Shown: piece after piece, positions 48,430 through 59,173 of the stretch
How the letters are laid out: the number at the start of each line of letters is the position of its first letter
Numbering within the stretch: the first letter of the stretch is position 1
Source of the DNA: Oopsacas minuta
Lineage: Eukaryota > Animalia > Porifera
DNA length: 64,000 bases
Assembly (NCBI GenBank): GCA_024704765.1
Contig: JAKMXF010000321.1
Span: 620,001-684,000, forward strand
Direction: 5' to 3'
The notes under the pieces: generated by a model
The model's database searches: none
Told to the model about the DNA's origin: nothing
Seen by the model: the letters and a program-made list of their open reading frames with translations, nothing else
Made by a program: the position numbers and the translations under genes

Positions 48430-49551
48430 TCAAGACAATAAGGGGTTGGAAAACATTTGATAACGATACCTTTCTCTGTCATAAAACCTTCTCTTGGCGG
48501 TGGCATACATAATGTTTAAATTTACAACTATGAAAATACAAAATATACTAAGATTAATCAAGTTACACAATATTAAACAGTAAAAGCTGATTTGATTCAG
48601 AAAATCCTTTGTAGAATCTGATAAAGCGAGCATAGGGAGATGATATGTGACATAAAACCAACAAAGATTTCTAGAGATTGATTGAAATACGACAAACAAG
48701 TTGAACAAGAAAATATCGCTCAAAATATACACTTCAATTGTGAATAAGAGGCCAAAGACTAGTACCTTATACTGTTGGAACAATCTTTTCTGATGTAGAT
48801 ACACATTAGTATTATGGAGATGATATGCATCTATAACACGACTATTCATGGCAGGAAAGAATCTCTTCTTAGCAATGTAGAGCACAATAAAGATACTAAT
48901 TTGATCTATATAGCTATGGGCAATAGTTCCGAACATCTTAGTATATGGGATAAGCTCAGTTACTAACACGATAAGATTAATAACTATTCCTAACAAAATG
49001 AAACAAATAACTACTTTCACTCTCAGCAAATTTCTAGCAGCAAAACTCAAATGAAGAAGAGAAGCACCAAATAGCCAAACCATCATAGAAAAGGAAAAAT
49101 ACCCGAACAAGATGGACACATTTTGAAGAATGCTAACGAATCTACTGTCATATGAAATGCCGATTACTGTGCTCGAATGTACGAAGCAGTTTGGCCCAAT
49201 AGGGATCAGAATATCTCTTAACGTGTTGAAATAAAATATTACTTCATATATATTCATGTTCATGCAGTAGAAGAGCTCCAAGCAAAGAAATACAAGGAAT
49301 AATACATACCGGAATATAGATTCTTTGAGCATGAATAGACGATTTGTATAATCACAACTACTATCTATATGCATTAACGTGACAAGACTTCTTTTGTTTC
49401 GTATTTGTGAGAATATGCTAGCTATGACGTAAGGTAACCAGAAGATGCATAATATAGTGTAGATTAGTCCTAACGCCTGAGACATGTAGAATTCTATACA
49501 TATAAGGTTGATCCCATAGTGATGACCTCCAATATATGAATTGTTAGACAT
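48430..49551 (-). CDS. Orphan ~7TM membrane protein (paralog of 46154-47281)
   Basis: Shared LHLSFAARN, YIAKKRFFPAMNSRVIDAYHLHNTNVYL and YDRERYRYQMFSNPLLS. Confidence 0.7.
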   Translation of the reverse strand: MSNNSYIGGHHYGINLICIEFYMSQALGLIYTILCIFWLPYVIASIFSQIRNKRSLVTLMHIDSSCDYTNRLFMLKESIFRYVLFLVFLCLELFYCMNMNIYEVIFYFNTLRDILIPIGPNCFVHSSTVIGISYDSRFVSILQNVSILFGYFSFSMMVWLFGASLLHLSFAARNLLRVKVVICFILLGIVINLIVLVTELIPYTKMFGTIAHSYIDQISIFIVLYIAKKRFFPAMNSRVIDAYHLHNTNVYLHQKRLFQQYKVLVFGLLFTIEVYILSDIFLFNLFVVFQSISRNLCWFYVTYHLPMLALSDSTKDFLNQISFYCLILCNLINLSIFCIFIVVNLNIMYATAKRRFYDRERYRYQMFSNPLLS

Positions 49552-51054
49552 CCTTTCTACAAATTCTTCTTACTCGTATATACCATTGCATATATATAAG
49601 GCAGCATATATACATACACACATAACAATTTCACTATTATATCATTCTTTTAGCAATTATATGAAATATTAACAAAGATGCAAATAGCCCATTGAATCTA
49701 CTTATTTTCCTCTAATGTCTTAAGAAAGTCTATTAATTTGTAATACAGATTACTATATTACTAAATGTGATAACCAAAACAAATTTAAGTTACGTAGCAT
49801 TATAGGAAAATTAGAACAGGATTCCTGTTATTTAACATTAGTAAGCGATAAAAGTTTATTATAGATTATACTGATTACCAACCGATTATATCAATATTTA
49901 ACCCGACAAATTCCATTTGATATTTCCCTTACTCATGTTAGCCATGCAAATTCTAGCCGACTCACGAACTTGTCGACTGTCTCATGAATTCAGGTCTAGC
50001 CTTCCTTAGAATCTTGTTCGACTTTATGGGATAGCAGTGGGAATTTTATTTCTGTTGACGAAAAATTTGGGGGAGATCTCACGTATCTCAGGATTCCGAA
50101 TCTTTCCATTTTAAGTAATCTGTCCTTAGATCTTCGGATGTATTTGAACTGTGGTTTTCCATCCTAACTACTTGAGTACTACTTCTTAACAATTCTATAT
50201 TTCATATATACCACCAATAATACAGATACGTTTCATGTTGTTTTAGCAAAAATGTGTTAAGTGCTGATGATTATGCATATTTATTATCAGTATTATGAAC
50301 ATTTTCTGAATCATTAAAGTATGATAGTATTTTGACTTTTGTTGTACTCATTTTGATATTTCCTGTGTAGATAACGCAAAGCACCTGACTCCGACTGATT
50401 TTTGGCTTCTGGATCTGAGCAAATTTAAGTTAAATACAATATCAAGCTGTATTGGCTATCATGATACTCAAGAATAATAATCCCCTACTGACGGTATAAA
50501 TTTGGAAACATAACACATTTTTGCTCTCCTCACCTCGAATTTTCATTTGCCTAGATCAGTGAATTAGTAACTATTATAGTATAGAGAAAGATCCTCGATT
50601 TTCTCGCTCTAAAATATAAAGTCATCAAAAATAATGTACCTAGAGGAGCGTCCAGCTCTCCTAGATTGTCCCTTGAGTGAAAGTGAGTCAAACATTGACT
50701 GAAGTGAACCTAGAAGAATACTAGGCTAACTTCAGTTACTTCATACTCGTGGAATGTTCCACCTGAAGATATTTGGTGATCAGTAGTAGCATTAATTAAT
50801 ATGGAGACAATACGCATTAATTCTTTTAACACTATACCACTATACCACTACGGCCAGGTAAGCCGCTGCTGGATTAGTTATTTGTTATTGTTAGATCCAT
50901 CTGTATAGGTAACTTAATACCGTTGTCGACACTTAATCGAAGAACCTATCCAGATAGTACACTATGTATATGTCAATAGTGTTAATCTGGTGACTACTAA
51001 CTTGTGCTTAATTCCGTTTAATGGGTCCGCTTAACTAGGTTGTTTGTAGCTTTA

Positions 51055-51190
51055 TTGGGATTTGCATATTTTGCATCTGTATAGTTGTAAATTAAACATT
51101 ATATATGTCACCAATAGAGGATACTTTAAGAGAACATTTTATTACAGAGTAAGGTATCGTTATCAAATGTTTTCCAATCCCTAATTGCTA
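51055..51190 (+). pseudogene. 3' fragment copy of the orphan 7TM gene
   Basis: GTATAGTTGTAAA-TTAAACATTATATATG...AGGTATCGTTATCAAATGTTTTC matches ~47150-47281 with indels. Confidence 0.65.
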
Positions 51191-51931
51191 AATAGCAAAT
51201 TAATTAACAGAAATTATTAATATACTAAATAATGCATCTGTGTAATTGAAGAAGTAGTACCAATTTAAATTTTATCTAGATACCTCGGTTTCGATTCTCG
51301 CTCGCTTGGATAATCCCTGTTCGGAATTTCTCTTATCAATACGTATTATGCTGGAAATCAGGAATTATAATCAGAATACAAGGAATTTGTTAATAATGTT
51401 AGACATGGATTATGCCAGGTAATCAGGTATACAAAGTTAATTTTATGTATACTGGTTATAGTTAGCATATTTCTAATCTGTTAAATTTACACTTGCATTA
51501 GTAATATTAGAGAGGTAATATTTTGCTAATTAGATTTAGAATTTCAAAAAATTACCTACTCCAGTACATACAATACGTAAATACAGAGTTACCAAACATG
51601 AATGAACGAACGTGTCTAAAGGTAATTGATCACTATAGTTATTGGATATAGTGATAATATGGATTGTTCACAGCTGTATTCACTATATCTCTACTAATGT
51701 GTGTAGCGACAAGCATACAACTCTATAAATCTCAGCTTGTAAATATCCTAGAGCAAAGAAATTGGGTGTGATATCATTATACATACCTATAAACACTTTT
51801 CACTGTAGGAGTACTCACATATTTATAATATGCAAATCCTCTACGGGATATTGAAAGTAAGCAGCAGTCAAATAAAACAAGTAATCGAACAAATAGTATA
51901 AATACAATACTAATACTAAACTTACTTAACT

Positions 51932-54490
51932 ATGAAGATACAAATCATATCAGTTGTTCTATTACTCTGTATCTACCTGCAGGTAACAATCTGTAAACGA
52001 AGATTAGATGTCTTAGGATTATATCCAAGAAGTGGGGATGGATGGACAGGGCCGTTCGTAACATACACTGCTGAACTAGCTCTCAAACATATCAATGAGA
52101 ATACAAACCTTCTCAATGATTATCAAATCGTAATAGACTGGAAGAATACACAATGTGATGGAGGTATCGCTCTCAAACAATTCATAGACGCTCTGGGTAA
52201 GAATCAGAATCAAACATATCTGGCTGTGCTCGGAGCAGGATGCTCTGTTGCCACAAGTCAAGTGGCTGTAATTTCTTATCGGTATGGACTTGCACAAATA
52301 ACTTTTGCATCAACAGCCCCAAATCTAGGCAATAACGTGATGTACCCGAGATTCGTTAGAGGAGTACCATCTGATTTGAAAGTAGTTCATGCTCGTGCAA
52401 GATTCTTACAGCAAAACAACTGGAAACGTGTTGCCATCATAAATGAACAAGACCCGACATTCGTATCGAGCTCTCATCACATGGAAAATGTATTGAGCCT
52501 ATTGAATGTAGATTATAAGGTGGAAGACATCACTCTAGATGGGACAGTACCATTGGAACAACAAGTGAGTATTTTAGCAAATAACCTCAGAGGATACAGA
52601 ATAATCATAGCCAACATGTATGAAGATGCTGCAATAAAATTATTCTGTTATCTCTACAAACAAAAGGAGAAATATCTACTGCCAAATATCGCTACATGGT
52701 TATTCCTTGGTTGGTTTACAGATCAGTGGCATGACAAACAAGGTGTGTTAGAAGAAGTTGGTTGCACCGCAGAACAAATAGCAACAGCTTCTAACGGAGC
52801 TTTGGGCTTCTTAGCGACACACAGCAAAAAGCACTTTATGGGACAAACAAACAACAACCAAGTAACCATTGCAAACAGAACGACAGCTGAACTATTCCAA
52901 GAGTACAAAGAGCTCATTCTTGAACGAATAAATAATGATACCGTTAGGTTTGACAGGGAATTTGATGTTTATGACGCGTATGTGTACGATTCCATTTGGA
53001 CATTAGCTCTCGCTATGCAAAACGCTTCAGATAAAGGTTTTAATCTTACCGAAATTTCACAAAAACAGAATCTTGAAGACACTAACATATTCAGTAAGAA
53101 CAGTGAATTCTCGAGTGCTGTATACAATGGTATGTTGTATCAAAACTTTATCGGTTGGACTGGCAATGTTAGGTTCAGTGGTCATGAAAGATTCTATCCT
53201 CAGGTGCAAATACTGGAATTTGTAGATGGGAATCTTGTCTATCGAGGAGATTGTGAGAACATTCCATACTTTGACGATTTCACAGAGGATAGTATAAATA
53301 GCATCATGTGTAGTTTGGATGAGACGTTTACTTATTGGAACAAAGAAACAGCTACAGACGGGATAAATAACATGTATACATCAGGAGCAATCGTTGCCTT
53401 AGTATTCCTGCTATCACTCTGTATAGGTGCATATGTCACATTCCTTATAATAGTGATATTAGTAGGGAAATGGGAAAAACTGGAATCCATTTATGAATCA
53501 TCACCCATTATCACTTGTATCATCTTAGCAGGGAACTATTTCTTGTTGATAGCTGGAGTACTGTATGTATTTACTGATAGATTTGTAGGACACGAAAACC
53601 CGTTACTCATGAGCAGCAGCTTCGAATCATTTACCACAGAAATGTGTGGAACATCAGGCTGTAAATTTCTGTGCATGTTACCTGTGATTTTCGCGTTACT
53701 TGGGTCCAGCCTCATATTTGGTGGGATGATTGGGAAAGCTAGTACTATATATTTGTATGCAATTAAGAATTCACTAAAACACTATCTAAAGATTCTGTTT
53801 CTAATCTCAAATTGTTTGCCAGTGTTCTTCATCTGTGTTGATATTATTCTCGTGATAATCTGGGGGTCAGTGAGTTTTCTAGTTGTAAAATCTGAAGTTC
53901 TACCTACTGGCATAGACAATGAGCCATATATCCGTGTATTACAGTGTGGAATGTCTACACAACAAGAAACTGCAACCTCAATATTCATTGTTTTCCTAAT
54001 CATATACAAAATTATGATAATAGTAATCGGTTTGGTAATGGCATACTTTCTTAGAGATATTAAAAAGAAGGATCTACGTTACTGGGATACAATTACTTGG
54101 ACCATGTACACCATGTCGATATCTACCTTCGTGCTTTTTCTATTTCTCTTTTTGATTGAGGATTTCAATGCAAAACATGCAGTAATTTGTGTGCTCGTGT
54201 TAGTCACTGTTACGACATCAGCAAGCATTACAGGACTCCCTCCTGTCTACTACATATTTAAGTACCCACACCCTGGATATGAGGCTATAATTATCCCTAA
54301 AGGGCTTCGAAATACAGAGCCAAAGGACATTTTGATGAAACACCAAATTATTAATCTAGAGAGTGATAATGCTCAGTTGAATTGTGATGTTGAGGATCTG
54401 AAGAATGAGAACAAATTTTTGAAACAACGCAAAGGTGTGTTAGAAGAGAATAAATCTCAGTCTAATATGGATACTCCTGATATTAATTGA
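51932..54490 (+). CDS. Class C GPCR, GABA-B receptor-like (copy 1)
   Basis: Signal peptide; Venus flytrap (NTQCDGG, GAGCSVAT, STAPNL, YAYDSIW-like YVYDSIW, FIGWTGNVRF); 7TM; C-terminal coiled coil; no cysteine-rich domain. Confidence 0.9.
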   Translation: MKIQIISVVLLLCIYLQVTICKRRLDVLGLYPRSGDGWTGPFVTYTAELALKHINENTNLLNDYQIVIDWKNTQCDGGIALKQFIDALGKNQNQTYLAVLGAGCSVATSQVAVISYRYGLAQITFASTAPNLGNNVMYPRFVRGVPSDLKVVHARARFLQQNNWKRVAIINEQDPTFVSSSHHMENVLSLLNVDYKVEDITLDGTVPLEQQVSILANNLRGYRIIIANMYEDAAIKLFCYLYKQKEKYLLPNIATWLFLGWFTDQWHDKQGVLEEVGCTAEQIATASNGALGFLATHSKKHFMGQTNNNQVTIANRTTAELFQEYKELILERINNDTVRFDREFDVYDAYVYDSIWTLALAMQNASDKGFNLTEISQKQNLEDTNIFSKNSEFSSAVYNGMLYQNFIGWTGNVRFSGHERFYPQVQILEFVDGNLVYRGDCENIPYFDDFTEDSINSIMCSLDETFTYWNKETATDGINNMYTSGAIVALVFLLSLCIGAYVTFLIIVILVGKWEKLESIYESSPIITCIILAGNYFLLIAGVLYVFTDRFVGHENPLLMSSSFESFTTEMCGTSGCKFLCMLPVIFALLGSSLIFGGMIGKASTIYLYAIKNSLKHYLKILFLISNCLPVFFICVDIILVIIWGSVSFLVVKSEVLPTGIDNEPYIRVLQCGMSTQQETATSIFIVFLIIYKIMIIVIGLVMAYFLRDIKKKDLRYWDTITWTMYTMSISTFVLFLFLFLIEDFNAKHAVICVLVLVTVTTSASITGLPPVYYIFKYPHPGYEAIIIPKGLRNTEPKDILMKHQIINLESDNAQLNCDVEDLKNENKFLKQRKGVLEENKSQSNMDTPDIN

Positions 54491-55332
54491 TAAACCTTTA
54501 TAATCCTGAATTAGTTTATTATTAGTTTATAATCTGTACGTTATATTTTCCCTATTGAGTATTACTAAGTGTACAATAATTATATAATTGTGTGATGCAT
54601 TGACTCTTGATATTGTATATGAAATCTAGTAATGTGTTTCTATGTTACACATTGTTTCTACGATTTAGTTTTTTCCTTAGGGGTAATCCGCCATTGCCAT
54701 GAGGTGAAATTCATTAAACATTATTCTGTATGGATTGCCGTTACAAAATGTTATTACTAAAATGATATTAAAATACAACACAAAAATAGCTTCAAATAAG
54801 CTGTGGTTGTCATCCCCTGGAGGGTTATTGCTTTTATCTTGATAAAACACCCTGGTCATATAGCTAGCTGAATCTTTTAAATCTATTTTTATAATTTGTG
54901 ATAAATCTAGGAACAAGTTCTAAGCGAGATCTCAAAAACTATCTGAGATAGGTGTCAAAATGTATTGATCTATTACGTAACGTTTGAACGACCCCAGATA
55001 TCAATGAGAATACAAGAGCACCCGAAGTGTTCGCGAGCCAAGGCAGCTCAAGAAAGCGAAGCTTGCGTGTAATATTAGATCAGCCAAATTCGTAGGTAAC
55101 AGATGACAGAAAATATACATACAAATGATCGTAATACAAATACTGCCAACAATGCGAAATACACGATGATTTGTTGTTTTCCTTTCTCCATTCACCAACT
55201 ACAGCCATTTCGTATTTATCTAAAACTAACGCGCTTCACTGTTAAGTCGATGCGCGACAGCTTGGTGCTTAAGTACCTGTGAATACCTGTGATTCAAATT
55301 TCAACCATCTAACATCTATATTGGCTTAGCAG

Positions 55333-58300
55333 CAGTGGCGTAGCCAAGGGGGGGGCCCACGACCTCACTATTTCAATCTTAGGGGCTGCTGCAAGGGCTT
55401 ATCCATCCTAAAGAGGGAGTCCAAATATATTCTTTTCTAATGGATACAGCTACATTACTGCCTATTATTGTTCAACCATAGCTTTGTAAAATCTCACTAG
55501 ACTGATATTTTCGAGTGCTTTTTTGTTAATTTCAAATAAGTGCAACCTTGATTATCGGACTCGTTGGAACAAGTCCAAAAGTTTCAATAATCGAAGCTCG
55601 CTAAAGATTGACAACTATGTAATGGGATAGGAACTGGGGCCAGTGGGTATGTTCGGATATTCAGGATCGCTTAGTTTACATTCCCTTTAGTAATTACAAC
55701 TAGATCATCCAAATGGCCAAGAGGATTACCTTGACTAGTTTATGGAGTACAGAGCCTCTACCCAAGGAGAACGAGAATAAGGAATGCTCAAGGACATCAG
55801 AGAAAGAAATTCAGTTGACTGAGTCACAACTATGAGTTGATCAAACTGAAATAACTTCATCCAGTGAAGACGAATGTATGAATAGTCAAGCAGAGTTACA
55901 AGATTCGCCAACAGCGAGCAGTGCAGAGCGAAGGTTTGAGAGCGGCACTATCCCCACAGATACAACTGAGGAATGTCAAGGTGAGATATCATAGAAACCC
56001 TCTATGTACATATTAATTATATGCCTCTTTACATTTCAAACATGTATCACTATAGATATTGCGCTGTACTTATCTGATATACCAAAGCAACCTCGTATTA
56101 TATTCTCTACAACTAAGTTTGGAGAAAAACTCCGCTCATTTAATCCAGATTGGTATAAGACCTACTCTTGGCTTGAATATTCTGTTAACCGAGATGCAGC
56201 CTATTGCTTTCCATGTCGATGGTTTTCCAGTTGCTTGAATCGGCCAGATGCACCTTTCACACAAGTTGGTTTTAGGGACTGGAAACATGCTACTGGTCAG
56301 AAAGGAAGATTGATTGAGCACAGAAAGAGTATGGCACATGTGGAGGCTGTCCATACTTGGGAAGAATACAAGGTCAACATTCAGCATGGAACAACAATAA
56401 CTCGTAGTCTAGACAAAATCGGAAAAAGTATGATAAAGGAAAATCGTCACTATGTCAAAACCATTGCGGAGATCATCCTTCTATGCTCAAGGCAAGAAAT
56501 AGCACTGAGGGGACATGATGAGACCGGAGAGTATTTGAATCCTGGAAATTTTCGATCATTACTGACTTTTATTGGTAATCATGATCAGATAGTGGGGAAA
56601 CGTATCAAAGAAGGTCCACAGAATGCAAAGTACACTTCACCTGAAACTCAAAACGAGCTTCTGGGTGTAATGGGCGATATGGTTTTGCAGACTATATCCA
56701 ATGAGGTACAAAAGGCCGGTATTTACTCGTTGTTCGCAGATGAAACCAAAGATATCAGTCGGAAGGAGCAACTTTCAATTGTCTTACGCTATGTTAACAA
56801 TAGCAGCGTTTATGAACGTTTTGTTGGATATACCTTTGCAAAACAAATGGATACAGAATCACTCTATAAGTATATTTGTAATGTGATTCAGAGCTGCAAC
56901 CTATTTCCAGAAAACTGTGTGGTCAGTGTTACGACGGAGCATCTGTTAAGAGTGGCAGGTGTTCAGGCGTCCAGGCGCGATTTAGAGTATCTGCTCTAAT
57001 GGCCCTATATATTCATTGCTGTGCACATCGCTTGAACCTTGTTCTTGTCGACTCCATAAAGGGTGTACCTATAGCACAGGACTTCTTTTCGTTATTGGAA
57101 GCAGTGTATTTATTCCTATCCTCTGAGAAGTTTAATGCCCTGTTCGAGAAAGTTCAAGCGGAACAAAGACAAGAGAAACAGCCACGACAGCTCAAACGCC
57201 TAATTGAAACACATTGGGCATGTCGTTTTGAGGCGATTAAGACTTTCAAAGAGACTTTTGGAGCCCTATTAACTACTCTTGGATCCATTTCTGATGGTGT
57301 GCAGCGAGGTCGAGCAATAGAGGCAAAAGGACTTTTTCTTCAGATATTTGAATTTAAATTCGTATTATGCTTAGTGACGTTCGAGCATCTTTTCAGTATG
57401 ACGAACGGTTTGTCAAAGACACTTCAGGATCCTGACCCTGATTTTAGTGCTGCAATGTCATTGATTGATGCAACCATTGAAACTCTTCAGACTTACAGAT
57501 CAGAGAAACAGTGGAAAGAAATTTGGAATGAAGCTCTAACGGTTGCAGATGATCACGACATCGAAATAAGCAGTTTACCACGAAAAAGAAAGCACAAATT
57601 ACCTGCTAAACTGTGTGATGCCTTACTCACTACTACCGTTGGACATCGGGAAGAGCATTCAACTGAAGATCAATACTGCGTTAGCATCTATTATCGTGTA
57701 CTTGATTGCATGATAGATGAATTAAACAAGCGTTTTAATAACGAATCAAAGTTGTGCATGAAAGGAATTTCAGCTTGCTCTCCCAAGTCTAAGAATTTTT
57801 AGACTTTGCCACGATCAAGTCTATGCTTGTAAATTACAAAATTTCGGAGGAAGATGTGCGAATTGAGTTGATGCAGGCGAAGAAAGTTCTCAGAAATCAA
57901 CACATGGAAGATATTCATGACGTTATTGACAAACTAAGACCACTGAAGGCAGCCTTTCCAGAGTTGTTACGGTTACTAGACATAGCGTTAACTATTGCTG
58001 TTAGTAGTGCAGCTTGTGAGCGTTCATTTTCCTCTCTCAAACGAACGAAGACTTATCTGCGCTCAACCATGAGCCAATTAAGGCTTAATAATCCAGCCAT
58101 TCTGTCTATAGAAAGCGATATTGCTTCTAGTCTTCCATTAGAAGTGGTTGTGGACCGGTTTGCTTATCAGCACAAGAATCACAGGATATGCTTGTTGTGA
58201 TTAGTAATAGTTTGTAAATTGCTAGAATTACTTATTGGATGATAAACACTATTATTATCATAGTTGACTGTTTGAATGACTTGTACTGCCAAGAACTAAA

Positions 58301-58357
58301 AGTGAATTAGTGCCCCAGGTGTGCCCAGGTTGAGCTCAAGGTCTGGCTACGCCCCTG
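55333..58357 (+). mobile_element. Full-length but decayed hAT DNA transposon; TIRs present, TSD absent
   Basis: CAGTGGCGTAGCCA ... TGGCTACGCCCCTG; flanks CTTAGCAG and GGCATATT do not match. Confidence 0.88.
55713..58200 (+). pseudogene. hAT transposase (TTF zinc finger, DUF4371, hATC dimerisation; ZMYM1-like), inactivated
   Basis: Intron 55981-56055; stop at 55833; frameshifts near 56925 (GQCYDGA motif out of frame) and near 57800; catalytic motifs FADETKD and ACERSFS. Confidence 0.88.
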
Positions 58358-58372
58358 GGCATATTATTAAGA

Positions 58373-58498
58373 TAATTTTATGTATACTGCTTATAGTTAG
58401 CATATTTCCAATCTGGTAAATTTACACTTGCATTATGTAATATTAGTGAGGTAATATTATGTAATACTAGAGAGGTAATATTTAGCTAATTAGATTTA
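58373..58498 (+). repeat. Direct-orientation copy of 51438-51538 with an extra internal duplication
   Basis: TAATTTTATGTATACTG.TTATAGTTAGCATATTTC.AATCTG.TAAATTTACACTTGCATTA...GCTAATTAGATTTA occurs at both sites. Confidence 0.8.
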
Positions 58499-59173
58499 TT
58501 ATCGAATTGAAAAGAAAAGTTATTCCTGTATAAATTTAAGATTGTTAATTAATCTAAAGCTATGTCACAGTATTGTACAAGTACACATGTTTCATTATGT
58601 TTGCTTTGGGGCTTACGAACCTACCTATTTCTAACGCACCTGGCCTCGGGCTGTGGCTGTCTCACAGAACCACAATGAATTGCTCTTAATCCATCAAATC
58701 AATATCTATTTATCAATGATATTCTTACAAACAATTTATAATGTATTCCATGAGCATGAGTGTATGAATCGGAGTAGATATTATATTGTCACTTTTTAGT
58801 GTACAATAGCTATACATACATCTATATGAATTTGTGAATTCTCGATGGGATATTATGGTTAGCAGTAATAATCAAAAAATAATCAAAAAATCTAAATTTA
58901 TGTGCAGACAGCTTAATAATTAATTGAATTTATTAAGAGTGGTACTGATCATTTGAGCGTACCATTTAATTGGGCACTTTAAACAAATTCCATTAATTGA
59001 CTAAGCTGTCGGCATTGATTAGAATTTTTTGCTTGATCCGCTCGCAGTAATACTCAATGGGGAAAGAATAACGTTCAGATTATAATCTAGAACATGCATT
59101 TGGGAACTGAGCCATAATACTAGTCAGCACAGTAATACAATAATTCATGATTATACAATGTAAATAATTAACA

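Noticed and set aside
49900-50800. Coding-like minus-strand stretches with stops
   Set aside because: Possibly a decayed gene, but no family could be recognised.
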